DNA of 64,000 nucleotides, from NCBI GenBank assembly GCA_963716255.1, contig OY970303.1, positions 1,504,001 to 1,568,000 of the forward strand. The letters run 5' to 3'. The DNA comes from an uncultured Gemmatimonadales bacterium (GTDB lineage Bacteria > Gemmatimonadota > Gemmatimonadetes > Longimicrobiales > Longimicrobiaceae). Shown here piece after piece: positions 9,481-19,407 of the stretch (position 1 is its first letter; each line of letters opens with the position of its first letter). The translations under genes and the position numbers were made by a program. The notes under the pieces were generated by a model that was not told the DNA's origin, ran no database searches, and saw only the letters and a program-made list of their open reading frames with translations.

Positions 9481-10715
9481 TGGCGAGCACGCCGGAGGGA
9501 CGGACGCCCGCGGGCGGCCGCGGCGCGGGCGACGGGAACCACCACGACGCGGAGCCGGACCCGATGACGGGGCCGGGGACGCAGCGCATCTCGACGACCG
9601 GGGGCGGGAGCCGCCGCGGGCCGGCCGGGGTGGCGCGCAGGCCGGAGGCGCCGGGGCGAAGCGAGCTCCCGCCCGCGAAGGGGGACTCGGACCTGCGCGG
9701 GCAGACGCCGGACGACATGGAGCCACCGGCGGACGCGCTCCTGGTGGTGCGCGGGCTCAAGAAGTACTTCCCCATCCGCAAGGGCTTCTTCAACCGCCAC
9801 GTGGGCGACGTCAAGGCGGTGGACGGGGTGTCGTTCTTTTTGCGGAAGGGGGAGACGCTGGGGGTGGTGGGCGAGTCGGGGTGCGGCAAGAGCACCACGG
9901 GGCGCGCCATCCTGCGCCTGATCGAGGCCACGGAGGGGCGCGCGGAGTTCGCGGGGCGCAACATCTTCGAGATGGACCGCGACGAGCTGCGCAGGCTGCG
10001 GCGCAAGGCGCAGATCGTCTTCCAGGACCCGTTCTCGTCGCTGAACCCGCGCATGACCATCGCGGAGATGCTGCGCGAGGTGCTGGGGATCCACAACCTG
10101 GCCAAGGGCAAGGCGGCCAACGACCGCATCGCGGAGCTGCTGCGCATCGTGGGGCTGCGCCCGGAGCACGCGGTGCGCTACCCGCACGAGTTCTCGGGCG
10201 GACAGCGGCAGCGCATCGGGATCGCGCGGGCGCTGGCGGTGGAGCCGGAGCTGATCGTGTGCGACGAGCCGGTGTCGGCGCTGGACGTGTCGGTGCAGGC
10301 GCAGGTCATCAACCTGCTCCAGGACCTGCAGCGCCAGTTCGGACTCACCTACATGTTCATCGCCCACGACCTGTCGGTGGTGGAGCACATCTCCGACCGG
10401 GTGGCGGTCATGTACCTGGGGCGCATCGTGGAGCTGGCGGACTCCAAGGCGCTGTACCGCAACCCGCTGATGCCGTACACGCAGGCGCTGCTCTCGGCGG
10501 TGCCCATCCCGGACCCCACGCAGAAGCGGGAGCGCATCGTCCTGCAGGGCGACGTCCCCTCGCCGGCGAACCCGCCGTCCGGGTGCCCGTTCCACCCGCG
10601 CTGCCAGCACCCGCTCAAGGACGCGGACTGCGCCCGGATCGTCCCGCCGCTGGCGGACAAGGGCGGCGGGCACTTCGCGGCCTGCATCAAGGTGCCGCTG
10701 GGGGCGGGCGAGTAG
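9480..10715 (+). CDS. Peptide ABC transporter ATPase (DppF/OppF type)
   Basis: [40 protein letters not shown] coupling; low-complexity N-terminal extension. Confidence 0.93.
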   Translation: MASTPEGRTPAGGRGAGDGNHHDAEPDPMTGPGTQRISTTGGGSRRGPAGVARRPEAPGRSELPPAKGDSDLRGQTPDDMEPPADALLVVRGLKKYFPIRKGFFNRHVGDVKAVDGVSFFLRKGETLGVVGESGCGKSTTGRAILRLIEATEGRAEFAGRNIFEMDRDELRRLRRKAQIVFQDPFSSLNPRMTIAEMLREVLGIHNLAKGKAANDRIAELLRIVGLRPEHAVRYPHEFSGGQRQRIGIARALAVEPELIVCDEPVSALDVSVQAQVINLLQDLQRQFGLTYMFIAHDLSVVEHISDRVAVMYLGRIVELADSKALYRNPLMPYTQALLSAVPIPDPTQKRERIVLQGDVPSPANPPSGCPFHPRCQHPLKDADCARIVPPLADKGGGHFAACIKVPLGAGE

Positions 10716-10740
10716 GGCGGCGGAGGCCGGCGGGAGGAGA

Positions 10741-10776
10741 GAAGAGCGGCCATCCGGCGACGGGTGGCCGCTCTTC
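10741..10776 (+). terminator. Hairpin after the ABC operon
   Basis: GAAGAGCGGCCATCC/GGGTGGCCGCTCTTC inverted repeat; no strong U-tract. Confidence 0.5.
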
Positions 10777-10981
10777 GCGCGTGGGGCGCTTCCTGCCTAG
10801 CCGGTAGGGGCGTGCTGAGGCGGGGCCGCTGCGGAGCCCGGCGATACTGCTGCCGGTCTCCTCCGCGGGCTCCGGGAGCCCCGGTAAAACTGCCCCGGGT
10901 CTCCCTACGGCGGGGTGAGCCTCGCCAAACTGCCGGCGAGTCTCCCCCCGTACAGATCTTGGGGGGTACCGCGAACTGCAC

Positions 10982-11021
10982 GACGGCGCCCTCACCGGGA
11001 TCTCCCGGTGGGGGCGTCGTC
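10982..11021. repeat. Palindromic REP-like element (CCGGGA-NN-TCCCGG core), copy 1
   Basis: GACGGCGCCCTCACCGGGA-TC-TCCCGGTGGGGGCGTCGTC; homologs at 15793 and 25673. Confidence 0.7.
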
Positions 11022-11163
11022 ACGTACTCCGTACTGCCCTTCCGCTGCGCCATTCCGGAGCGCCGCCGCCCGCTTCCTCACCATTCCTGGCGAGTCCGTT
11101 CGGAGATGCCCCCCGGATAAGCCGAGCCGGCGTCCGCACTTCCCCACACGCTCATGATCTGGC

Positions 11164-11192
11164 TTGTTCTATGCTTTCGTAATCGCCATACT
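11164..11192 (+). promoter_or_regulatory. Putative sigma70 promoter for the S8 peptidase
   Basis: TTGTTC-17 bp-CATACT in an AT-richer patch about 40 nt before the start. Confidence 0.45.
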
Positions 11193-11234
11193 ACGGGGGT
11201 GCTCCCGCACGTCCATCCCCCTCCCGGAGGTCGT

Positions 11235-12407
11235 ATGCGCCCCTTCCGTCCCGCGCTGCTCGCCGGCGCCGCCCTGGCGCTCGCCGCCTGCTCCGAGCAG
11301 GGCCCCGTCGCGTCGGCGCCCGCCGCCCCGGAGCCCGCGCCCCTCCGCTCCGCGGCCCCGGGGCGCGCGGTGGAGGGCTCGTACGTGGTGGTGCTGAGCC
11401 CGGGCGCCGACCCGCGCGCCGTGGCCGCCGTCGCCAGGGTGGCGCCCGGCTTCGTGTATGCGGCGGCGCTCAACGGCTTCGCGGCCGAGCTGAGCGCCGG
11501 GCAGCTGGCCGCGCTCCGGCACCACCCCGCGGTGGAGTACGTGGAGGAGGACCAGGAGGTGAGCGTGCAGGCCACCCAGTCGCCCGCGCCGTGGGGGCTG
11601 GACCGCATCGACCAGCGCAGCCTGCCGCTCTCCAACAGCTACACCTACGCCTCCACGGGAAGCAGCGTCCGCGCGTACGTCATCGACTCCGGGATCAAGA
11701 CGGGGCTCACCGCCCAGTTCGGCAGCCGCGTGCAGAACGTGTACGACGCCGTGGGCGACGGGCAGAACGGCGAGGACTGCAACGGGCACGGCACCCACGT
11801 CGCCGGCATCGTGGGCTCGGTGGGCTACGGCGTCGCCAAGGGCGTGGCCCTGCGCGGCGTGCGGGCGGTCAACTGCGCCGGCAGCGGCACCACCTCCGGG
11901 ATCATCGCCTCCGTGGACTGGGTGCGCGTGAACGCGGTCCGGCCCGCGGTCGCCAACATGTCGCTGGGCGGCGGGCTCTCCTCGGCGCTCAACACCGCCG
12001 TCAACAACCTGGCCGGTTCCGGCGTGTTCATCTCCGTGGGCGCCGGGGGCGAGAACGGCAACGCCTGCAACACCTCGCCCGCCGGCGCGGCGAGCGCCTT
12101 CACCGTGGCGGCCACCACCAGCACCGACGCGCGCGCCTCGTACTCCAGCTACGGCACGTGCGTGGACGCCTTCGCGCCGGGCTCCTCCATCCCCTCCGTG
12201 TGGCTGGACGGCACCGCCCGCACGCTGAGCGGCACCTCCATGGCCGCGCCGCACGCCGCCGGGGTGGCCGCGCTCTACAAGTCCACCTACGGCGAGACGG
12301 CCACCTCCACGCTGGACGCCTGGCTCAAGAACAACGCGACCCCGGGCAAGGTGACCAATGCCGGCACCGGGACGCCCAACCGGCTTCTCTACAAGGCTGG
12401 TCTGTGA
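11235..12407 (+). CDS. S8 subtilisin/aqualysin-like serine peptidase, lipoprotein with I9 propeptide (copy 1)
   Basis: Lipobox LAAC, PWGLDRID, triad motifs VIDSG, HGTHVAG, GTSMAAPH. Confidence 0.93.
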   Translation: MRPFRPALLAGAALALAACSEQGPVASAPAAPEPAPLRSAAPGRAVEGSYVVVLSPGADPRAVAAVARVAPGFVYAAALNGFAAELSAGQLAALRHHPAVEYVEEDQEVSVQATQSPAPWGLDRIDQRSLPLSNSYTYASTGSSVRAYVIDSGIKTGLTAQFGSRVQNVYDAVGDGQNGEDCNGHGTHVAGIVGSVGYGVAKGVALRGVRAVNCAGSGTTSGIIASVDWVRVNAVRPAVANMSLGGGLSSALNTAVNNLAGSGVFISVGAGGENGNACNTSPAGAASAFTVAATTSTDARASYSSYGTCVDAFAPGSSIPSVWLDGTARTLSGTSMAAPHAAGVAALYKSTYGETATSTLDAWLKNNATPGKVTNAGTGTPNRLLYKAGL

Positions 12408-12435
12408 CGGATACGGACGGCTGAACTGCGGGGTT

Positions 12436-12564
12436 GGGCGTGCCCCCGGCTGGCGCCGGGGTCGGGCTTCGACTCCGTAAGGCAGCAAACGACGCTGCCT
12501 AACGGAGTCGAGCCCCGCGAAACTGCCCGCGGGTCTCGCCCCTTCGGGCCGGAATCCCTCACGC
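12436..12564 (+). repeat. Structured intergenic element, subtype A
   Basis: GGGCGTG...GTCGGGCT...AAACGAC...AAACTGCC...CTTCGG...ATCCCTCACGC. Confidence 0.92.
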
Positions 12565-12658
12565 GGCTCCCTGCATCGCCTCGGTTCCTGCTCGACCCGG
12601 TGTCCGGTCGGTGCCCCGCCGGCCGGTTCTCCACCCTCTCTCCAACCCAGGAGGTCGT

Positions 12659-13804
12659 ATGCGTCGTTTCCGTCCCCTGCTGCTCGCCGGCGCCGTCGTC
12701 GGCGCGGCGGCGTGCTCGGACCAGGGCCCCGTCGCTCCCGTGTCGGCGGGACCGGCTCCCCTCCTCGCCGCGGCCCCCGGGCAGGCGGTGGAGGGGTCGT
12801 ACATCGTGGTGCTGAATCCGGGCGCCGATCCGCGCTCGGTGGCGGCGGTGGCCGGGGTGGAGCCCGGCTTCGTGTACCGGGCGGCGCTGAGCGGGTTCGC
12901 GGCAAAGCTGGGCGCGGGGCAGCTCGCCGCGCTGCGGCACAACCCGGCGGTGGAGTACGTGGAGCAGGACCAGGCGGTCGAGGCCACGGCCGTGCCGTGG
13001 GGGCTGGACCGCATCGACCAGCACAACCTGCCGCTGAACGGCGTGTACAGCGTCAACACGCTGGCGTCCAACGTCAATGCGTACATCATCGACACGGGCA
13101 TCTACACGGCGCACCCGCTGTTCGGCGGCCGGGCCAGCAACGTGTTCGACGCGCTGGGCGGCACCGGCGCCGACTGCAACGGCCACGGCACCGCGATCGC
13201 CGGCATCGTGGGCTCCACCACCTACGGCGTCGCCAAGGGCGTGAAGCTGAAGGGCGTGCGGGCGCTGAACTGCGCCGGCAGCGGCACCACCGCCGGGATC
13301 ATCGCCTCGGTGGACTGGGTGCGCGTCAACCGCGTGAACCCGGCGGTGGCCAACATCTCGCTGGGCGGCAGCGTCTCCACCGCGCTGAACACCGCCGTCA
13401 CCAACCTGGTGAATTCCGGGGTGTTCACCGCCGTGGCCGTGGGCAACGGCGGCACCAACTCGTGCAACACCTCGCCCGCCAGCGCGGCCGGCGCCTACGG
13501 CGTGGGCGCCAGCACCCCCACCGACAACGTGATGAGCGGCACCAACTACGGGAGCTGCCTGGACATCTACGCCCCCGGCCAGAGCATTCCCACCACCTGG
13601 CTGAACGGCGGCACCAACACGCTCAGCGGCTCGTCCATGGCGACCGGGCACGTCACCGGCGTCGCGGCGCTCTACCTGGCGTACAACCCCGGCGCCACCT
13701 CCTCCGCCGTCGCCGGCTGGATCACCGGCAACGCCACCGTGGGCGTGCTGATCGGCGTGCCGGTGGGCACGGCCAACCGGCTGCTGTACAAGGCGAACCT
13801 GTAG
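12659..13804 (+). CDS. S8 subtilisin/aqualysin-like serine peptidase (copy 2, tandem paralog)
   Basis: PWGLDRID, IIDTG, HGTAIAG, GSSMA; same GGAGGTCGTATGCG start context as copy 1. Confidence 0.92.
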   Translation: MRRFRPLLLAGAVVGAAACSDQGPVAPVSAGPAPLLAAAPGQAVEGSYIVVLNPGADPRSVAAVAGVEPGFVYRAALSGFAAKLGAGQLAALRHNPAVEYVEQDQAVEATAVPWGLDRIDQHNLPLNGVYSVNTLASNVNAYIIDTGIYTAHPLFGGRASNVFDALGGTGADCNGHGTAIAGIVGSTTYGVAKGVKLKGVRALNCAGSGTTAGIIASVDWVRVNRVNPAVANISLGGSVSTALNTAVTNLVNSGVFTAVAVGNGGTNSCNTSPASAAGAYGVGASTPTDNVMSGTNYGSCLDIYAPGQSIPTTWLNGGTNTLSGSSMATGHVTGVAALYLAYNPGATSSAVAGWITGNATVGVLIGVPVGTANRLLYKANL

Positions 13805-13847
13805 GGGACAGGGGACAGGGGACAGGGAACAGGGAACAGCCTGCAAC
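13804..13847 (+). repeat. Heptamer tandem repeat (GGGGACA)x3(GGGAACA)x2 followed by GCCTGCAAC
   Basis: Read directly; the tail matches the reverse complement of 1201-1230. Confidence 0.8.
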
Positions 13848-13882
13848 GACAACGGCGGCACGGATCCGGACGTGGGCTCGGG

Positions 13883-13964
13883 GCGGCAGGCAGGCAATTC
13901 GAGGGGCGCCCTCCTTCCAGCCGGAAGGAGGGGCGCCCGGGGACGACCTGCCTGCCGCTTTTTT
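13883..13964 (+). terminator. Long terminator hairpin after the S8 pair
   Basis: Outer stem GCGGCAGGCAGG/CCTGCCTGCCGC, inner GGGCGCCC-CCTTCC stem, then TTTTTT. Confidence 0.7.
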
Positions 13965-14003
13965 CACCGCAGTGGGGCGGAGTCCGGACCGCGTATGTGA
14001 AGA

Positions 14004-14031
14004 TTGACACGAACGGCCGCGCTCGTATTAT
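14004..14031 (+). promoter_or_regulatory. sigma70-type promoter
   Basis: TTGACA-16 bp-TATTAT upstream of the FAD oxidoreductase. Confidence 0.7.
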
Positions 14032-14167
14032 TGGCCGCCACCGGCCGGCCGGCCGGCTTCGCGGTGCACCGCCTCCCCGCCGCCGCGGAATCGTCGCTGC
14101 GAGGCACGCCGCTGAACGTCCCCGCGATCTTCCGAACGACGAACCCCGCAGCGGAGGCTGACGAATC

Positions 14168-15757
14168 ATGGCTGACGAGAGCATCGACATCGCCATCGTG
14201 GGGGCCGGCGTCTCGGGGGTCTACAGCGCGTGGCGGCTCCGGCAGGCGCACCCGGATCGCAGGATCGTCGTGTTCGAGGGCGGCAACCACGTGGGCGGGC
14301 GGCTGCTGTCGGTGCGCCCGCCCGACATCACGAACATGGTCGCCGAGCTCGGCGGGATGCGCATCCTCCCCGCGGTGCAGCCCCTCGTCACGCGGCTTCT
14401 CGCGGTTCTGAACGAGACTCTGCCGAAGGATCAGCAGATCGAGACGTACGACTTTCCCGTGGACGAGCCGCAGAACATCGCCTACCTGCGCGGCGTGTAC
14501 CTGCGGCTCTCCGATTTCACGCAGAACCCGCGCAGGGTGCCGTACCACCTCTCCTTCCTCGAGCGCGGGGGGACGGCGGGCAGCATCATCATCAACGCCA
14601 TCGAGCAGATCGTGCCGGGCATCACGAACCCGGACCTCACCGAGGAGCGGCGCCGGGAGATGGCCCGGGACGCGACCTTCGCCGGGCTGCCGCTCTACCA
14701 GCAGGGCTTCTGGAACGTGCTGCTGCGCGTCATCAGCTGCGAGGCGTACGAGCTGGGCGTGGACGCCGGCGGCTACAACTCGACGCTGTTCAACTGGAAC
14801 GCCGCCGACGCGATCCCCTGGTACCTTTCCGACTTCGGCGTGGACCCGAAGTACAAGGGGTTCAAGAAGGGATTCCAGCAGGTGCCGCTGTCGCTGGCGC
14901 GGCTCTTCGGCATGGACGACGTCCGGCTCGACACGCAGGTCGAGGGCTTCGACCGGGCGGGCGACAGCTTCGAGCTGCGGGTGCAGGGAAAGACGATCCG
15001 GACGGGCGCGCTCATCCTCGCCATGCCGCGCCGCTCGCTCGACCTGCTCGCGCCGACCAGCCCGCCGCTCCGGGAGATCCAGGACCTCACCGCGAGCGTC
15101 ACGCCGCGCCCGCTCTTCAAGCTCTTCACGACCTACGGCAGCCCCTGGTGGCGCGCGGCGGGCTACACGGGCTCGGACGGCAGGTTCGTCCCCGTCGAGG
15201 CCGGGCGCACCGTCACCGACCTCCCCGTGCGGCAGACCTACTACTGGCCCACGGACGAGGGGAAGCCGGCGGCGGAGGGCCCCGCGATGCTGATGGCCAG
15301 CTACGACGACGGCTCGAACATCGGCTTCTGGGACGGCTTCCGCCCGCGCCGCCGCCAGGCCTGGCAGGAGGGCAAGGAGGTCGCGGAACCGGACGACCCC
15401 TTCATGGGCGACGACTGCGACGCCGGGCCCGACCTGGACTGGTGCCGGTACAAGGCCCCGCACCGGATGGTCAAGGAGGTGGCGCGCCAGCTCGGTGTCA
15501 TCCACGGCCTCACCTACACGCCCGATTTCCGGAACGCCGCGTTCCGCGACTGGGGCGACGACCCGTTCGGGGGCGGCTGGAACAGCTGGAACATCGGGGT
15601 GCGGAGCTGGGTCGTGAAGGAGCAGATCGTCCAGCCCTTCGACCAGCACCCGCTCTACATCTGCGGCGAAGCCTACTCGGACGCGCAGGGCTGGGTCGAA
15701 GGCGCGCTCCAGACCGCGGACATGATGCTGGCGAAGCTCGGCATCGGCCCGCTCTGA
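14168..15757 (+). CDS. Flavin monoamine oxidase / L-amino acid oxidase family protein
   Basis: IAIVGAGVSG Rossmann motif, GGR, ELGGMR, C-terminal GEAYS...GWVEGAL. Confidence 0.88.
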   Translation: MADESIDIAIVGAGVSGVYSAWRLRQAHPDRRIVVFEGGNHVGGRLLSVRPPDITNMVAELGGMRILPAVQPLVTRLLAVLNETLPKDQQIETYDFPVDEPQNIAYLRGVYLRLSDFTQNPRRVPYHLSFLERGGTAGSIIINAIEQIVPGITNPDLTEERRREMARDATFAGLPLYQQGFWNVLLRVISCEAYELGVDAGGYNSTLFNWNAADAIPWYLSDFGVDPKYKGFKKGFQQVPLSLARLFGMDDVRLDTQVEGFDRAGDSFELRVQGKTIRTGALILAMPRRSLDLLAPTSPPLREIQDLTASVTPRPLFKLFTTYGSPWWRAAGYTGSDGRFVPVEAGRTVTDLPVRQTYYWPTDEGKPAAEGPAMLMASYDDGSNIGFWDGFRPRRRQAWQEGKEVAEPDDPFMGDDCDAGPDLDWCRYKAPHRMVKEVARQLGVIHGLTYTPDFRNAAFRDWGDDPFGGGWNSWNIGVRSWVVKEQIVQPFDQHPLYICGEAYSDAQGWVEGALQTADMMLAKLGIGPL

Positions 15758-15792
15758 GCCCGCGCGCCGGAAGCTCCGCGTGAAGTATGCAA

Positions 15793-15830
15793 AGCGCGCC
15801 CCTACCGGGAGATCCCGGTAGGGGCGCGCT
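15793..15830. repeat. Palindromic REP-like element, copy 2 (GTAGGGGCG arm)
   Basis: AGCGCGCCCCTACCGGGA-GA-TCCCGGTAGGGGCGCGCT, perfect 18-bp stem. Confidence 0.75.
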
Positions 15831-15870
15831 GCGTCGGAGGGAGCAAGCCGCGAGGACGGTGCCTGCCGTC

Positions 15871-15999
15871 GCGTGAGGGATTACGGCCCGAAGGGGCGAG
15901 ACCCGGCGGCTGTTTGCCGGGGCTCGACTCCGTTGGGCTGCGTTGTTTGCAGCCCTACGGAGCCGAAGCCCGACCCCGGCGCCAGCCGGGGGCACGCCC
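15871..15999 (-). repeat. Structured intergenic element, subtype A
   Basis: GCGTGAGGGAT...CACGCCC on the + strand, the reverse complement of the element. Confidence 0.92.
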
Positions 16000-16034
16000 G
16001 AACCCGCCCTTCAAAGCCGTTCCTGCAAAACACC

Positions 16035-16202
16035 TCACTCGGCGATCCCACCCTCGTCGCGGGGATTCAGCTCCGCCCCCTGCGTCGCCTTCACCGGCCG
16101 GCCGTCACACACCCCGGTCTCCGGAATAGGCTCCAAATCCGGCTCGTCCCGCCGCATGGCCGGGTTCACGGCGCGCTTCTCGTCCCGCTCGTCCTCCTTC
16201 AA
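16035..16202 (-). CDS. Small acidic hypothetical protein (~55 aa)
   Basis: TTG start 5 nt after GGAGG; MKEDERDEKRAVNPAMRRDEP...; follows the upstream minus-strand gene; a repeat copy lies 35 nt past its stop. Confidence 0.5.
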   Translation of the reverse strand: MKEDERDEKRAVNPAMRRDEPDLEPIPETGVCDGRPVKATQGAELNPRDEGGIAE

Positions 16203-16238
16203 GGCATCCTCCAGCCCCCGGGTGGCAGGCAAAGACGT

Positions 16239-17057
16239 CTACTCGTCGTCGCCCTCGGCGTCGTCCTCGTCCTCGTCCGGCTCGCGGAAGCGGATCACCA
16301 CCCGGTCGCCGAAGCGCTGCTCCACCACGCCGCCGTCCTGCGGGTCGGCCACCAGCCAGCCGTGGCCGTGCTGCCGCAGCGTGTCCTCGGCGAGCGCGGC
16401 CACGTCCACCATGCCGGCGAGCACCTGGTTGGCCTCGTCCTCGGGGCGCTTCTGCGCGTCGGAAAGGATGTCCACCGCGCCGTCCGGGAGCGTGGTGTAC
16501 TGCAGGAGCACCTGCGGCTCTTCGCGGTGCAGCCCCCAGGAGACGCGGTCCACGGCGATCTGGAGCGCGTCCGCGTCGGTGAGCGCCACGTAGGTGTCCT
16601 CGCCGTGCCGGAAGTACAGCTCGGACGACGGCCCCACCCCGGCGAAGTGCACGCTGTTGGAGCGGTCCTCCAGGAAGCGCGTGAGGATCCCCTTCTGCTC
16701 GTCGATGCGGGCGCGGTAGGTGGCCAGCCACTCCACCGCCGACGACACGAACGCCTGCACGCGCGGGTCCGTGGCGTACTCCACCGGGTGCGTCGCGGTC
16801 CATTCCCGCAGCTCCGCCGGGGTCGCCACCGCGTCCTCCTCCGCCCGCGCGATCACGTAGCGCACGTACTCCTCGGCCTCGGCCGCGAGGGGCAGCTCGC
16901 CCGCGGGGTCGTCGCGCAGGGCGTCCACGGTGTCGAGCACGTACTGCACGGCGGCGTCGCGCGACACCTGGATGGACTCGGCCAGCTTGGACGGCGCCAG
17001 GGTGCCGGCGGGGACGACGAGGAGGCGGAGGCTCTCCGCGTTGCAGAGGACGCACAT
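16239..17057 (-). CDS. Hypothetical acidic protein with N-terminal CxxC
   Basis: 272-aa ORF with globular-protein composition; possible TTAGCG-17-TACATT promoter on the minus strand at 17142-17114. Confidence 0.8.
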   Translation of the reverse strand: MCVLCNAESLRLLVVPAGTLAPSKLAESIQVSRDAAVQYVLDTVDALRDDPAGELPLAAEAEEYVRYVIARAEEDAVATPAELREWTATHPVEYATDPRVQAFVSSAVEWLATYRARIDEQKGILTRFLEDRSNSVHFAGVGPSSELYFRHGEDTYVALTDADALQIAVDRVSWGLHREEPQVLLQYTTLPDGAVDILSDAQKRPEDEANQVLAGMVDVAALAEDTLRQHGHGWLVADPQDGGVVEQRFGDRVVIRFREPDEDEDDAEGDDE

Positions 17058-17230
17058 AGGATTAAGTCGCGGGACTGGGAAACGGTTTCGGGGGAGCGTG
17101 ACGGCTCCGGTACAATGTAACGCGGGTGGGCCGCCGCGCTAACCTCCCCGTGTACACCGCATCGGCCCCGGGGTGCGCGGGGGCCGCAAAGCGGCCACGC
17201 CGTTGCGCCTCGGGCGTAAACGGATGTGGC

Positions 17231-18493
17231 CTACCCGTCCGTATGGGCGGGCCCCGGCGCGCGCGAACGGGCGAGGCCGCCGGCGAGCAGCAGCGGCGCG
17301 AGCAGACCGCCGCACGCGCCGATCCACAGGGTGGCGGGGATGCCCAGCGCCCCGGCGAGCGGGCCGGCGAGGAGCGCGCCCGCGGGGAGCATCACCCCGG
17401 TGGCGACGTGGAAGGCGGCGTTGGAGCGGCCCAGCACGGAGCCGGGGAGCTCGCGCTGGCGCAGGCTGACGGAGTGGACGCCGTACGCGGCCAGGAAGGC
17501 GTCGCCCACGAGCTGCTGCACCACCAGCAGGGGGACGGCGAGCCCGCCGGCGTGGGCGGCGAGGGGGATCAGCAGGCAGGAGGCCTGCCCGATGGCGAGG
17601 GTGACGGCCAGGGTGGGGCCGGTCCCCAGGGCGCGGCCCAGCGGCGCGGCGAGCAGCGCGCCCGCGAAGGCCCCCACCCCGCCCACGCTGATCACCAGCC
17701 CGGCGGCGGCGGGCGACAGGCCCAGCGTCTCCAGGGCGAGCACCATGTAGAGCGCGAGGAAGAAGCCGCCGAACAGGTAGGTGACGGTCTCGGCGAGGAG
17801 CACCGGGCCCACCCGCGGGTGCGCCAGGCAGGCACGGAAGCCGGCCCGCGCGTCGTCCCACACCGACGGGGCGGGGCCGGCCGCGGCGGGGGGCGACTCC
17901 CGCGCACGGATGCGCCCGAGCAGCAGGGCCGACCACAGGTAGGTGAGCGCGTCCACGACGAGCGCCACGGGCGCGGTCAGCAGCTGCACCAGCACGCCGG
18001 CGATCCCCGGGCCCGCCGCCTCGGCGACGGAGTCGGTGGCCTCCAGGCGCGCGTTGCCCTCCACCAGCAGGCCGGGGCCCACCAGGGCGGGGAGGAAGCT
18101 GTTGTCGGCGATCTGGAAGAGGGTGGTGGCGGCGCCCACCGCGGCCGCCACCGCGTACAGCTGCGCCATGGAGAGTGCACCCATCCACGCCGCGGCGGGG
18201 ATGGTGAGGATCAGCAGCGCCCGCACGAGGTCGGCGCCCACCAGCAGCGGACGCCGCGCGGTGCGGTCCACGCGTCCTCCGGCGAGCAGCCCCACCAGCA
18301 GGCCGGGCGCCACCCCCAGCGCCGACAGCACGGCCACCTGGCCGGGGGTCGCCTCCAGGGTGAGGATGGCGAGGATGGGGAGGGCGGTGCGCGTGATCCG
18401 GCTGCCGAACGCGCTGGCGGCCTGCGCGGCCCACAGCCGCAGGAAGTCCGGGTGGCGCCAGAGTCCGCCCGTGGGCCACCATCGGGTTGGCAT
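17231..18493 (-). CDS. MFS transporter (DHA3/macrolide-efflux-like)
   Basis: LWRHPDFLRLWAAQ, motif A GGRVDRTARRP, many hydrophobic segments. Confidence 0.9.
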   Translation of the reverse strand: MPTRWWPTGGLWRHPDFLRLWAAQAASAFGSRITRTALPILAILTLEATPGQVAVLSALGVAPGLLVGLLAGGRVDRTARRPLLVGADLVRALLILTIPAAAWMGALSMAQLYAVAAAVGAATTLFQIADNSFLPALVGPGLLVEGNARLEATDSVAEAAGPGIAGVLVQLLTAPVALVVDALTYLWSALLLGRIRARESPPAAAGPAPSVWDDARAGFRACLAHPRVGPVLLAETVTYLFGGFFLALYMVLALETLGLSPAAAGLVISVGGVGAFAGALLAAPLGRALGTGPTLAVTLAIGQASCLLIPLAAHAGGLAVPLLVVQQLVGDAFLAAYGVHSVSLRQRELPGSVLGRSNAAFHVATGVMLPAGALLAGPLAGALGIPATLWIGACGGLLAPLLLAGGLARSRAPGPAHTDG

Positions 18494-18528
18494 CGGAGTT
18501 TTCAAGAAAGGCTTTGAACTGCGGGTTT

Positions 18529-18659
18529 GGGCGTGCCCCCGGCTGGCGCCGGGGTCGGGCTTCGGCTCCGTAAGCCCGCAAACAACGCGGGCTAACGGAG
18601 TCGAGCCCCCGCGAAACTGCCCGCGGGGTCTCGCCCCTTCGGGCCGAAATCCCTCACGC
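18529..18659 (+). repeat. Structured intergenic element, subtype A
   Basis: Near-identical to the copies at 25893 and 29417. Confidence 0.93.
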
Positions 18660-18685
18660 GGGGCTCGCGCTGGCGTCCGCGGGGG

Positions 18686-18814
18686 CCCCCACCCGGCGCT
18701 TCGCGCCACCCTCCCCCGTTCCGGGGGAGGGGAATCTCCACGCTTCGGTTCTCACCTTTCGTCGTGCCGTTCTCCCCCTCTCCCAGCATTGGGAGAGGGG
18801 GCCGGGGGGTGAGG
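18686..18814. repeat. Inverted pair of CCCTCYCCC/GGGRGAGGG REP-like hairpins
   Basis: CCCTCCCCCG-TTC-CGGGGGAGGG and CCCCCTCTCCCA-GCAT-TGGGAGAGGGGG-CCGGGGGGTGAGG. Confidence 0.75.
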
Positions 18815-18841
18815 TCCGCCGTGGCCGGTCTTCGCCCCGAG

Positions 18842-19357
18842 CTACCCCCTCTCCAGCGTCCAGGCGAGCGGGATCGACATGAAGAACGGAACCGGGCAGC
18901 CGCCCTGGCTCGCCGGGCGGAAGCGCATTCTCTTCACCGCGGCGATGGTGGCGGCGTCGAGTTCGTTGTGCATGGAGGAACGCACCAGCTTCACGTCGCG
19001 CACGGCCCCCCGGGCGTCGAGGAGGGCGGCGACCTGGGTCGTCCCCTGCACGCCTGCGTCGCGCAGTGCCGGGGGGTACGTCGTCCTGAGGACCTCCTGA
19101 ATCTCGGCGAAGTTGTCGAGCTGCGGCTTGCGGTCGTGCGGCGCCAGGACCAGGTCCCTGGGGATCCGTCCGCCCACGAGGAGCCTGTGCAGCGAATCGA
19201 ACGCCGCGGCCTGGCTGGCCGGGTCGGGCGGCATGGCCACGGAGGCGCACGCCGCGGACGCGGACGCGGAGGCGGCCCCGCCGGCGGAGGCGCAGCCGGC
19301 TGCGAGGACGGAGAAGGCTCCGGGGAGGGCCAGGTGAAGAGCGAGTCTGGAGGTCAT
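18842..19357 (-). CDS. TonB C-terminal domain lipoprotein (energy transducer TonB-like)
   Basis: YPPALRDAGVQG, LDARGAV, SSMHNELDAA, RFRPA; lipobox-like LAAGC. Confidence 0.8.
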   Translation of the reverse strand: MTSRLALHLALPGAFSVLAAGCASAGGAASASASAACASVAMPPDPASQAAAFDSLHRLLVGGRIPRDLVLAPHDRKPQLDNFAEIQEVLRTTYPPALRDAGVQGTTQVAALLDARGAVRDVKLVRSSMHNELDAATIAAVKRMRFRPASQGGCPVPFFMSIPLAWTLERG

Positions 19358-19407
19358 CGCAGGAAGAGGCTGTGAGGGAAGTTCGGCCGGGAGCGCGGCG
19401 GAAAGCC

